Assembly (NCBI RefSeq): GCF_009914755.1
Contig: NC_060928.1
From: the human T2T-CHM13v2.0 reference genome, Homo sapiens
Length of the DNA stretch: 64,000 bases
Direction: 5' to 3' (one strand)
The position numbers and the translations under genes were made by a program. The notes under the pieces were generated by a model. It was given only the letters and a program-made list of their open reading frames with translations, was not told the origin of the DNA and made no database searches. This document shows, piece by piece, positions 14,301 through 27,295 of this stretch (its first letter is position 1; each line of letters begins with the position of its first letter).

Positions 14301-14534
14301 CTGAGAGTTTCATGAGAAGTTCAGAGGCTGCTTTGACTGACACATCCCGCCTTAGCACACTTCCCTTCCCTTCCTGGGGCTTTAGTGCGTCCTCAGAGAC
14401 GCCTGGGGCTGACACTTCAGATTCCGGGCTGAACACATAGCTGGACCGAGGCAAAGTCGTGCTTAGGGACTCCCCTTCCTTAGGCTCCTCTTTCACTTTA
14501 AAATTAAGATTCATGGGCTCCTTCTGATTTGCAG
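14301..14534 (-). CDS. ZNF827: ZNF827 coding exon 5 (234 nt, phase 1/1): second VKEEPKE...DVSVKAASELLMKLS module
   Basis: Acceptor tttttttcttttgacAG|CTGCAAAT, donor CTCTCAG|GTactt; AANQKEPMNLNFKVKEEPKE...LLMKLS in frame with exon 4. Confidence 0.95.
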
Positions 14535-15169
14535 CTGTCAAAAGAAAAAAAGGGATTATATATACATAAAAGGCCACTCCCCTCCTTAGCTGCCCTGGTA
14601 CTTCACGAAGTATGGAATGCACAATCACACTGTGCTAACAACCGGAGGGATCACAACCTCATCAGAACAGGCTGGGCCCTGGGCAAAACCACACAATACA
14701 CTCCATGGGCCTACAACTCTGAGGAGTGTGGGCTTCTGAATCTTTTGAACCTAAAATATTTTAAGAAGTGCTACCTCTACAAAGTTTCTGGGCATTTTCT
14801 CTTTGGTTTCCCTAGAAGTCTTGTTTCCTGTGTATGCCACTGCCTCCCTGACTTATTAGCACTCTCCCCACCTAATCCTATTATGAAATAATGCTTTCAG
14901 GCAATTATTCTGCCATAAGATATTGAATACAAACATGAGTCAGAGGCAGTACCCAAAGCAAAAACCTGGGGTGCAATGGTAAAGTGAGGATGGAGAATTT
15001 GCCAAACAGAAAAGCTCAGTCTAGAGATAGACCACTCTTGCCTCATTATAAGACGACACTACTGATCCATAAACAGTGGGGCATTTACTTAGCACTGTTC
15101 TTCTGATTATGGTGATAAATCCATGTCTGTAGCCCAAGTCATCACTGAGTCCAAAATGGCCTTTTTTTT

Positions 15170-15395
15170 TTTAAAGAACAGTTTTTATTTTGGAATAATT
15201 TTAGATTTACAGAGAAGTTGCAAAGATGGTTCCAAGAGTTCCCATATATCCTTCACCCAGAATTCCCTAATGTTAGCATCTTACATAACCATGGTACATT
15301 TGTCAGAACTAAGAAATTCACATTACTATGAGCTAAACTCTAGATTTTATTCAGATTTCACCAGTTTTTCCACTAATGTCCTTTTTCCATTTTTA
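15170..15395 (-). mobile_element. Old L1 3' UTR fragment (L1MC/MD-like)
   Basis: ttttggaataattttagatttacagagaagttgcaaaga...aatgttagcatcttacataacc. Confidence 0.7.
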
Positions 15396-16208
15396 GCATG
15401 GTTGGTTGCTGTGGAGTGTGTGGTCAGGACAGAGCTAACTGGCCTATTATGGGATGGATTCTGTGGCTCAGCCACACTGTACCAGGCCTTCTCCACTGGG
15501 CTACATACTACCCAGGAAAGACCACAAAGGAAGAGACAAGCACCCTCTTCCTACTACTCTTCACTTTCACAGGCATCTCACTCCCTTTAAGAGTCCATGA
15601 GGTAGGAACTTAGGATTGATTACACTGATTGTGTCCATCTTTTGAGAAAGAGGATCTCATCCTAATACAGGATTCTTAGAAACACTTATTAGAATGAGCC
15701 TTAAGTCCATTCCATCTTAACAGACAAAAAGATAAAAATAAATCCCCGAAGCAAACATCTATCACCCCTTGCCTACCACCTACTCCAAGCCAATACTCAA
15801 GCACAAAGTCTGTTTTCCATCTCATACCCCTGTAAGAATATGCATTCTGGAATCACAAGTTCACACAGACCAGCATATTTGGAAACTGAACCCCAGAAGC
15901 CCAAAGAACTATCTGGAAGTTTCACTACCAGAAAGATGCAGAGCTGGGACCAGAACCTAAGTCCATGGGCTTCCCCTGCTGTGTCCCTTACCTGCCTCCA
16001 CCGCACCACTTCCACTTCTGGTCTCTGTATTGTAACAAAACTTGAAAATACTTGACCTTCCAATCGGCTCAAATACTACCTGCTCAGTGAGGTCTACTCT
16101 GATCATCCTGTTCAAAACTATAATCACCACCTTCACAGTCCTCCCAACCTCTCTTACCCTGATCTAACTTTCATTTTTCCCTCCAAATACTTATTACCTA
16201 ATAACCTA

Positions 16209-16605
16209 CTGTTATGGACTCAATTGTGTCCCTTCATATGTCGAAGCCCTAACCTGCCAGTGTGGAATATACCTGGAGGTAGGACCTCGAAGGAGGTAAT
16301 TAAGGTTAAATGAGGTCATAAGAGTGGAGCCCTAATGCATTGTGACTGGTTCCATTAAAGAACCAGAAGAATAAGAAGAGAGAGAGAGAGAGACACCAGG
16401 GATGCACGCACACAGAGGAAAGTCTGCACGAGGACACAGTGAGAAGGCGGCCGTCTGCAAAACAAGGAGAGAGGCCTCAGGAGAAACCAAACCTGCTGAC
16501 ACCTTGATATTAGGCTTCCAGCCTCCAGAAGAGAGAAATAAATCTGTTATTTAAGTCATCCAGTCTGTGGCATTTTGTTACGCGGTATTTAGTTTAACAG
16601 ACCAA
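16209..16605 (+). mobile_element. MaLR solo LTR (MLT1B-like), inserted in an L2 remnant
   Basis: gaggtaattaaggttaaatgaggtcataagagtgg, gaggcctcaggagaaaccaaacctgctgacaccttgat, ttccagcctccagaa. Confidence 0.88.
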
Positions 16606-16650
16606 TCACATGCTATATGGTTTTTAAAATTTATTATGTTAACAATTTAT

Positions 16651-17290
<640 letters not shown>

Positions 17291-19309
17291 CAACAATTTT
17301 TGTTTTAACACTGATGTGTCTCAAGTACCCTGAATAGTGCCTGGTACATAGTTAGTGATCAATACATATTTGTTGAATGAGTAAAATGTGTTGCTCCAAA
17401 TTAGTGGCATCCAATGGCGTTCCAATATTATCTGAAGTTAACAAGAACTAAGACCTCCAAAATATCCCACCAAAAGCAATCAGAAGTGCTTTCCCTGGAT
17501 TTAATAATTAGATGGGAGATAAGATCTTTGAAGTAAAGTTAAAGGCCTTTCTACCTAGACCACAGCATTACTGAAATATCTAATCATCACTTGAACTAGA
17601 GCATTACTAAAGGAGGAGTCCAGAAAAATCTCAAGGAAAGTGCTTAAAATCTAGCCCTTTGGGGACAATGCCATATGAATCTGAATCAAAGGGAGCAATA
17701 ATGGTCTACAGAGCAATCCTCAAATATGTACTTCCAACGTCTACCAGGAAGGTTGCTCCTAAGAGGACTTGGTTTATCTAGCACATTTCTCCCCTTTGCA
17801 CCTTTCCCCCACTTCTTGGGGGATTTTGCTGGTCACCCTTCTAAAGCTTGCTCTCTCCCAACACCATTCTCCCAGAACCCTTTATAAAGTCTTTTCCAAG
17901 GGCACCCTAGTTCATCACGACAGAGTAATTAAATAGGGTGTTTATTAAGTCTGTGTCTTTGATTCTTTGAGGAAGAACAATTTAAAGTGAATGGTTAAGT
18001 ATTTTTAAAATGCTTCCTTGCTGCATCTTTTATTTAAAAACATTTTAAAATTCTAAGATGAAGCTAAGAAAGAGATGAAAAAAAAAAAACTATTGAGGCC
18101 CCAGGAGCAAATCCCAACTTCTAGAGATCGTTAAGCAGATGCTTCCTGCACATGTAAGTGGTTTCTAGAAGCATTAGTCAGAGTATATGCTATAAGAGAC
18201 TTAGGGGGAAAAAAGTAAAGATATTTAGCATTGCTAGCACAACCTGGATTTAATAGAACTTCAAAAAGACACTTTAAAAGGCAATAGGCAAGCTGTATAT
18301 TGCTGGATTATACATTTGCAAGGCACTACATACCTGGTTTTCATTCTGACAATACAGAGAATAACAGAAAATTGTAATGTGCTGAGGAAATGTAAATATA
18401 GCTAATGACATATCAGAAGAGCATATGGAAATCACTCATTTGCCCAAGTTTTAATTTCCCAAACATTTGGGTCTCAATAGAAGACGTAAAAATAGAAATA
18501 TGAAGGCTAACCTGCTTTTTTCAATGACCAAAAATATTTACATTGAGAACAGTACATAAAGCCTATATTTTAAAATTAATATGACTTAATAATTACTATC
18601 TTTTAAATTATCCCACTTTACAAAAAAACCCACATGTGCAGTGAGAGGTGGAATTCAAGATGTTTTCTTTTTCTTTGGGGAAATTGCTAAGAGAAAAGCA
18701 ACCATTTATGACTCATGACATAGTCTTCACTTTATTCCTACTACTAACACAGAAAGATTTGTGCAGGTGCGGAACTCAACTTGTCAAGGACTTTCACAAC
18801 ACCTGCCTTGACTTCTGTTTATTTATTTGAAAGTTTCTGGATAACTGCACTTTTGATGTGATGAGAAAGCCCTTGGTAATCAAGAGGCCCCCTCTCTCGC
18901 TGTTTGTTCCCAGCATCGTAGGACCTGGGCCACGCTGCTGATCAATTACACATACCTCTCAGTTTATGTACTTGATGGAGGTGGACCACCGTTTAAAGGA
19001 AACAAATCCGCTTTTTTGAGGATTTATGAAGAATTCAAGATAAAGGCAAATGTGGGAAAGGAATGGGAAAGCTGCTGGGATAAGATGATTCCAGTCTTCC
19101 AATTCTAGGAAATTACTGTATAACTAGAAAATACTATATATTTTACAATATTTTCTAGTTATATAGTAATTGGGAAAATACTATATAACTTCCCTATTAC
19201 TAGGGAAAATACTATATAACTTCCTTCTAAAGACCATCATTTGTTTTAACAACGTATACAACTAGCTCTTGAGTAATTACATAGGGATCAAACCTTCCAT
19301 CAATCACAG

Positions 19310-19420
19310 GAGACAGATGTTATTACTATCTTCATTTTACAGGTGAGGAAACTAAGGTCCTAAAAAGGTTAAGAAACTGATGCCCCAAATCACAGATCTA
19401 ATTCACAGAGACACTTGGCT
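19310..19420 (-). mobile_element. MIR fragment
   Basis: cattttacaggtgaggaaactaagg core. Confidence 0.7.
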
Positions 19421-20257
19421 CAGAGTTTCTCACTGGAAATGCATCCAAACCCCTTCCTTTCTCTCCAAGACACCCAGGTACCTTTAAAAGGGACACTATC
19501 CTCAGCAGGTGAACAATGGCTTTGGAAAATAAGTGATGTGGGTGAATTAAGCACTGTTCATGAGAAAGGGAAGGGTGGGTTTTGTCTGAAGAAAAGGGAC
19601 ATTTTCTGGTAGGAAGAAATCCTGAGAAGATTTGACTAGGAGGATGAAGGGAAGGAATCAACTGCAAAATAAATACTTCTATTGGTTCCCTCTGGTGAAG
19701 GAAAATGACACCTTTTCTTGAGCTTAATAAGACAGAACTCTCCTTCAGTTCAACGTATGGCAATTTTATAAATGCTGAACTGCTCTGTGAAAAAGCAACC
19801 CACTGAGAATTTTATTTACGATCTCACCCTAAACCAAGGCCAAAGACTCTTGAGCCTGGAAGGGACTACAGAGCAATGGTTTTCAAACAGTGTTCCAAGG
19901 AACCCTAGGATATGCTTCAGGGGTTCCAACAAATGTTTGTTTTGAATTTAAGTTTTTAAAAAATCATTGTAAAATTAATTAATTTAAAATTTAAGTTCAA
20001 AGCGTGCATCATCCACTGCATTATATATAAAACATCAACATACTGGAGACCACTAATATGTTGCCAAGTTGATTCAGTTTTGTGTAGTAGCCCTTGTAAT
20101 GCAGTTTCTCCCCCTCTCATAGGAGAGCTGCAGTTGTAGTAATGTCATCAATAATGAAGTGGCTGCCTTTGCACTGATTTTTCAAAGAATTCAGGCCTAT
20201 GCATGTGTGTTCATATATAATTATAGTCCTACTAGAGCCTATAAACATACTTTAAAT

Positions 20258-20452
20258 TAGTGTTTCTCAACCTCCACTCCACTGATATTCTGCACTGGAT
20301 AATCTGCTGGGAGCAGTTGGGGGTGGGGGACTGTCTTGCACATTGTAGGATATTTAACAGCATCCTTGGCATCTCTACGCACTAGTAGCCAGGAGTACTT
20401 CCCAGTTGTGAAAAAAACAATTTCTCTAGACATTGCCAGCTGTCCCCTGGGC
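20258..20452. mobile_element. MER20 hAT-Charlie element
   Basis: cacattgtaggatatttaacagcatccttggc...ctctagacattgccagctgtcccctggg. Confidence 0.85.
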
Positions 20453-20579
20453 ATACCTGCCTTAAATTAAATGCAAGGGTAGATTCAAGTGTATCAAGTG
20501 TGCTTGGTGCAGCTTTTGACCATAGCTAATAGACAGACAAATAGACATATGTAGATACATATGGATAGAGCTAGATCTA

Positions 20580-20830
20580 TCATTTATTGAGCACATAACA
20601 TGAGCTGGGTAACACACCAAGTATTTACCTGTATTAATTTATCTAATTCTCACAGCCACCCTTTGAGGTAGGCACTAGTATTATCCCCATTTTGCAGATG
20701 AGAGATCTCAGACCTAGAGAGATTAAATACATTTCCCAAATAACAGTTAACTGAGTAATAACCAAGTAGTTGACACAGAATTACAGATGGCTTTAGGGCA
20801 TATTGTGAGTTCTGGATACTGCTTATCTTC
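20580..20830 (-). mobile_element. MIR
   Basis: ttatccccattttgcagatgagagatctcagacctagagagattaaat. Confidence 0.75.
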
Positions 20831-22481
20831 CATTTATTATAAGGAATGAGGGCAGTTGCCAAATGTTGTCAACTTTGAAGCAAAAGCTTATACTCTTCTT
20901 TAATTGAGGAGATCCTGAAATTACAAGACAAGTTGTTAAAAATCTGTTCCCATTTGCCACTATGTGAAACCGTACTTGTATTTTTTCAAACTGAGATCAG
21001 CAAAATAAATTTAGAAATATACTAGATGATCACATTGCTACAGACTGTACTCCCTCATAGCACTGGAGTGTCACATTTTGTGCTCACCAAATAGCAACTT
21101 TTTTTCCCCCTAATTGCTTGGCTTTTTAAATATGTAAATGTAATAAATGTGAACTTTTGAAACAAAATGAAAGCCATTACTGTTTTCCACTCCCTTACTT
21201 TACAATAAGAACACATAGGCTCAGAGGATTATACGATCTTTTGAAAATCACATAGCTCATTAATGATAGAACCAGAATCAGAGCTTAACTCTCCAGATCA
21301 CAAGCCGGTGCGGTTCTATCCAACCAAGTTCCCTTGTTAGCAGTGTGTATGTATGTATGTATGAACAGGTTGGGGATCTGGGATTTTTCAGCACTATGAT
21401 GTGCTTTGGGTAAGAAACTGCCTTCTGAAATCGTAAGAAAAGCCAAGATTTAATTAAATAATAATTAATAACAGTTAAATATGACTTTTAAATGTTAAGC
21501 GTATTATATTCAAATGGAATGTTTAGAACATTTGCTAAATATTTTAAAATCTTGCTCTTTAATTTCCCTTAAATCATTTTATAATTAGTGTTTAGTGAAA
21601 TTTTAGCCATCTCATATTTCTCATTAATCCCCACCTGAGCTAATCCTTGGCCACCCTTCAGTGTCTATGTACCCAAAGCAAGACTGTAAAGATTCCTATG
21701 ATAGCTATGGCCAAAGGGGAAAAACAGCCTCTGCAGAAGGGTCAAAGATAACAAAAAGTGAGCAGTGCCTCAAGAATTTTAAAATATATAAAGTTTTCCT
21801 GCAAAAACTAAACTACTAAAACCAACCCACAAAGGGCAAAAGTTGCCATCTGCAGTAACCCACTTAACAGACAGGATATCTCCCTCGTCAAAAGCAGGAA
21901 GGACAGGTCCTGGAAAACCAATCAAGCCCTAAGTAAATGTGAAAGAAGGCTGTATTTTAAATTCCCACTATTAACACGGCCAAAGAATGAAATGTATGAG
22001 CAGCAATGGAGTGGTTTGCCTGGAGACTAGAAGAAAGAAAACCTGAAGACTGGATAATATATTTCCAACCTTTTTCAGGAAAGTCAGGATCCACTTGCCC
22101 CAAATGACATCTCCTCTTGACTGCTATACTTGTCATTTTAAATTAATATGCTGACATTCTTATTTACAGATCAGTTTGTAAATGATTTTTGTCATTGTGG
22201 ATCACCCAGAGAGTCTGAAGAACTCTGGACTGTGGCAGACCATGAAATGGCTACGATTCCCCCCTCCAAAGGCCCACCTCTTTACAGTGTGACTTTGTAG
22301 CTCCTCCCAAGAGGAGGAAAATATACATGCAATTCCATGGTTCCAATTATCAGACCCCAGGAACAACATGAGTAAAGGTAGAAAAATGGAAATGAGAGGG
22401 GTATGTTCATGAGCTGGTGAAGACTGTTAACAGTTTTCTTAAGAGAAGTGGAGAGATAGTTACTGAGCAGAAAGGAGCTAG

Positions 22482-22610
22482 GGCTGAGCATGGTGGCCTG
22501 TGCCTGTAAACCCAGCTAATTGGGAGGCTGAGGTGGGAGGATCACCTGAGGTCAGGAGTTCGAGACCAGCCTGGGTGACAGAGTAAGACCTCATCTCGAA
22601 AGAAAAAAAA
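22482..22610 (+). mobile_element. Alu monomer (FLAM-like or recombined)
   Basis: Single-arm Alu sequence followed by an A-rich tail. Confidence 0.85.
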
Positions 22611-22855
22611 GACAAGACAGGACAGGACAGGACAGGACAGGACAGGACAGGAAAGGAAAGGAAAGGAAAGGAAAGGAAAGGAAAGGAAAGGAAAGGAAAG
22701 GAAAGGAAAGGAAAGGGAGAGAGAGAAAGGAAGGAAGGGAGAGAGAGGAAGGGAGGAAGGGAGAGAGAGGAAGGGAGGAAGGGAGAGAGAGGAAGGGAGG
22801 AAGGGCGGAAGGAAGGAAGGAAGGAAAGAAGGAAAGGAGGAAGGAAGGAAAAGAG
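22598..22855. repeat. Compound purine-rich repeat (GACAG)n(GAAAG)n(GGAA/GGGA)n
   Basis: Direct reading. Confidence 0.96.
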
Positions 22856-23949
22856 CTAGCCAGACAGGAGCATGATCTGATGCAAGAGGTACTGGAAGAA
22901 AAGTCCATCAGAAATGCTGGGTGGATGGGTGGGGGCAGTGCTGGGGAGGAAAAGGCATCAGGGAGGGAGCTGGAGGGGCAACTTCTAGGCATGAGGAGCA
23001 GGCTGCACATGAAGGGATGGAGTGTAGATGAAAATTTCAGTACAATTTTGAAGACACAAAAAATTTAACTAGATTAGTGACTGAAAGTGCATGCATTCAA
23101 AATGATGCCATGGTTTGAAGCCAAGGAAAATAAACAGTGAAGCAGACGGAGGTCAAAAGACAGTTTGCTCAACTGAGAAAAAAAAAATAGGTAATAGCTA
23201 ATTAAGTAGTCAAGAGCCAACCTTCTGTGGTTACCCAGAGCTGAATCCTTGCTCTGTCCTTTGCAGCCGAAACCTTTAAGTCTCGGCCTCCTTATCTATA
23301 ACATAGGTTTACTATTACAGACCCTATAGGGCTGTGGTGAAGGTTAAATGAGAAATTACATGATGTGGCTGGCACAGTGCCCAGCTCACTGTAAGCACAT
23401 TTGATTAATTATAGCTCTTAAAATAATAATAGTAGAAGCAACAACAATAATAACAACAGTAGTAAAAAGAACGGACTTCAAGGAGAATGACACTTCCCTT
23501 TGTTTTTACAGATACAATAGGCTTTGGTAAAATTTCCCAGGGGTCTATCAAGATAAAAAATCACTCTGATGGCAATTCTGGAACTAGGTACACTCTATCT
23601 AGCAGGGTCAGGAAAGAAAGGTCTGGATTCCAGTCATGACTCTTTTATAGTTATTTACCCCAAGTCTTGGTTTTCTCATCTACATGCTTGTTATGAAATG
23701 ATGTATTTAGAAATACATGGTACGCTGTGAAGCTCTACAGAAATATCAGTTGGCCCTACTCTTACTGCTCTATTTGTACTAAATAATTCCTGAGATGCCT
23801 AAAACTATTAACACAAATTCTAAAGTTGTCTGACATAACAACATCCAGAACATGCTGAAATCCTGGCTAATTCCACAACGCACAAGAAGGGCAGAGAACA
23901 GAGCCAAGTTCCTGTTTTGCTGCTTCTTTCTGTAATTTGTGGGTAGAGA

Positions 23950-24480
23950 CAGCCTGGGGAAGAGAATCCTGGAACCACACTGCCTGGATTAGAATCCCAG
24001 TCTCTCATGCCTGTGATCCCAGTTTCTCACATCTGTAATCCCAGCACTTTGGGAGGCCGAGGCAGCCAGATCACGAGGTCAGGAGTTCAAGACCAGCCTG
24101 GCCAATACGGTGAAACCCCATCTCTACCAAAAATATAAAAATTAGCTGGTCATGGTGGCAGGTACCTTTAGTCCCAGCTACTTGGGAGGCTGAGGCAGGA
24201 GAATAGCTTGAACCCGGGAGGCGGATGTTTCAGTGAGCCGAGATCGCATCACTGACTTCAGCCTGGGCGACAGAGCCAGACTCCGTCTAAAAAAAAGAAT
24301 CTCAGTTCTACCACCTATTCATTGTGCTAACCTGGGCAAGACTCCTAACCTCTCCATTTCTCAGTTTCCTCATCTGTAAAATGGGAATACTTATACCACC
24401 TACTATGGCGTTGCCACAAGGCTCAAAGGAGTTAGTAAGTATTAAACAAAGTAAAAATAATAAGCAATGAGTAACTAGCG
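23950..24480 (+). mobile_element. MIR interrupted by an Alu
   Basis: tgcctggattagaatcccag [Alu] ...ctcagtttcctcatctgtaaaatgggaat. Confidence 0.75.
24004..24297 (+). mobile_element. Alu (AluSg/Sc-type) with duplicated 5' end
   Basis: gatcacgaggtcaggagttc; TSD-like agaatc(c/t)cagt on both sides. Confidence 0.92.
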
Positions 24481-25960
24481 TAAGAACTCTGTCCATGCAA
24501 GTTTCAGCAACTGTGTGTGTAAGCAATCCAGGCCCCACTTACGTATAATCCTCCAGGTCCCACTTACTTATAGTCCTACCTGCTCCTTTCTTAACTCAGG
24601 TCAGTGCTTGTCTCATGAGTGGCAAGTCACTGAAAAATAAGAAAGAGTCACACTCTTCCTCTCTTATGAATCACCAAGTTCAATAAAGTCGAGAATTTCA
24701 AAAGGGCATTCAAGCCGCTTACACATATAAGGCCCCTAAATGCAGCTGCTCACATGAGGAATTTTAGTCACGTGATTAGTGAGTGCCCATCACCAGAAAA
24801 GCAAGGCAGGGTTAAAAGGAAGGGCTAAACTAAAAATGCAAAGGGAGGCTGTCGAAAATCACCTGACTGGAGAGGGCATGCCCAGGCGTGGGGAGTGGGA
24901 GAGCCCCCTGGCTGTTGGCACTGCCGTCGTAGGGTGTGAATAACACAAGGATGGCATTTACTTGGAAGAAGGCTCATTTGTTGAGATGACTGCCTTTACA
25001 GAAAGGCAATCAGAGCCACTGGGCAATGAGGATGACTTAGTTCAATGGGCATCTCCCATCCCTCCTTCTCCAGCAGCACAAACAAAGGTAAAGCAAGATG
25101 GGGAGCTGCCATTTATACAAAAACTGTATTGTAAATGCAGAGGCTTAAAAGCAGGTGAAATAGATGGAAGTTGTAGAACAAAGGCCAATGGAAAACTACA
25201 GTATATGACACAAACACATTAACCTACACCCTACGTTTATATGTGAACACCTTTGCTGTTTAATGGATGAGCTACTAATAAGTCAGAAACAGTTTAGCTT
25301 ATATCCATTTGTTCATAAACTGTCTCTGTGAGGCTAAAAGTAAGTTAGTGCTTTAAAGAAGTCCATCTCTCCTAGTTAAAATTATTTTGGTCTCAATTTT
25401 ACGAAATTAATATGATGTGGGAGACAGCACAACAATTTTTGCTGGCTTCCAAATTAAAAATAGTTGAAATGACATATCTTTTATTTTGGAAAACCAGGGA
25501 CAAAAAGATATTCCCAGCCAACAAGTGAAGTGCCAAGTTTCTGTCAACTGCTTGGTTATAATTTGGAGAGTTAGAATTAAATTTTATATCTTGAAAAGGG
25601 TAGTTTTCGGAAAAAGAAATGATGTAAGGCCGTTGCTGCAGGCAACTTTTAATCAGGCTTCTAATAATGACGACCCTCCCAGTTCCTTTATGCTCTGCAC
25701 TGAATCTTGAGACTTTTTAACTGGAGAAACTCCCCTGTCAGGAGGCCCCACAAGGAAACACCTGGGGCTCCATGAACACAACTCACCCAGGCCTCTCCTT
25801 CATGTCAACCTTGACCTATGGTGAAAGCCACAGGCCTATCTCATACCACCATGCCCCGTTTCATGGTCTCGGCTGGAGACCACAGGAACAAAACTGCACT
25901 GATGAAAACCGTAGCTGTACCAAAAAATACTGTACCATGTAACAAGTTTATATTCCACAT

Positions 25961-26140
25961 CAGTGGTCCTCAGCCCTGGCTGCACACTAAAATCATTCTG
26001 CACATTAAAATCATTTGAGGATATTAAAGAAAATACCAATGTCCAGGGCCTATCCCAGTGAATCATAATTTCTGGGCCCTGGCATTTTGTGAAAAACTCC
26101 CCAGGCAAGGCTAATGTGCAGCCGAGGTTAAGAACTGCTG
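25961..26140. mobile_element. MER5A1-like hAT MITE
   Basis: cagtggtcctcagccctggctgcacact...ctaatgtgcagccgaggttaagaactgctg. Confidence 0.8.
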
Positions 26141-27282
26141 CTGGCTATGGGCGACAAGGCACAGAATCAGCAGGAACTTAGCTCTCCGCAGTCGGGTGAA
26201 CACCTTTTCCCTGAACACCCTAGCCACGTGACCACTGGCTCACCTGCCCTGACATGCAATGATTTGCATATGCTTTCTGGCTTCCAGGAAAGAGCTGCTG
26301 GAACATACAGGCCTGGAGTCCTCTCAGGTCTGCCTCAGTCTAAACCGTGGGTGAAATCTACAAAATTCATTTTTCTGTCAGCCCTGAAAGCTGCCCATAC
26401 TATTCCCTGAATCAACTGCGATGCCGGGCCTGGAAGCCTCCGTTTTGCAAGCAGCATTATTTTTGAAGGACCAAGCAGTGTTAAGTGTGGGCTCAGTCAG
26501 AAGAATAGCTGATAGTTTGGAGAAGGGATTTTATTTCACAATCATGCACGTTAAGAAACCTCTAACAGGAATGGGGGTGGGGGGTATTGAGAGTCCATTT
26601 AAAACAGTATTCTATCCACTGACTTTTAATCCCACTCGGTTCCATTCAATCATCTTTATGCTTAGTTTTAGTTGAAGGAGCAAGAAAGACTCCCCTTAAT
26701 AACCAGGCAAGAAAGCATCAAGTGTTTTCTCTCTTTTGGAAACAAGTAGGTGTCTGCACGCTTGAATTTGTCACTGTGCTCCAGTTTTGCAGACAGTGAT
26801 CTGGCTGGCACAAAGATTCACAGACTCAGTGCCCACAAACAGCTGCACCCTACAGTACCAGCAGGTGCACGGACAGAGCCCAGGGAAAAAATTCAGTGCA
26901 AGAACAATGGCGCCGTTATAACGCCAAGGGACAAGGCCCGAGACTAGCCACTACTTCACTACATTTGATGATGGGAAGAGCTAGAAACTCAGCCGCAGCT
27001 CCCTGGGATTTGGCCTTTTTGTCCCTAAATCATATCCACAGACACAGCCAGGTAGGGCATCACAGTGAGAGCAGCTATCAAACGTATGGCCAGACCAACC
27101 AGAGGGTAAGTAAAATTAAAAAAAAAAAAAAAATCGCTCTAGAAAATGTATTCCTTTCCTTTTAACTTATCTTCTCCTCTCCTGAGCTGCATTGCCACAG
27201 TCACCAAGTTTACATTTACATCCAAATATGCACACACAAAAAAATTAAGGATGCATCTCACTCCCCAGTGACTTTATAACAG

Positions 27283-27295
27283 GTTGCTAGGTAAC
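27283..27295. promoter_or_regulatory. RFX X-box-like motif
   Basis: GTTGCTAGGTAAC in a stretch with no repeat I recognise; motif match only. Confidence 0.4.

Noticed and set aside
15123-15590. 155-aa plus-strand ORF
   Set aside because: Largely antisense old L1 3' UTR; no recognisable domain
19108-19224. CRISPR-like repeat-spacer appearance
   Set aside because: Eukaryotic intron, only two exact repeats, no unique regular spacers, no cas genes
22591-23010. 139-aa Pro/Phe/Leu/Ser repeat ORF
   Set aside because: Translation of the microsatellite
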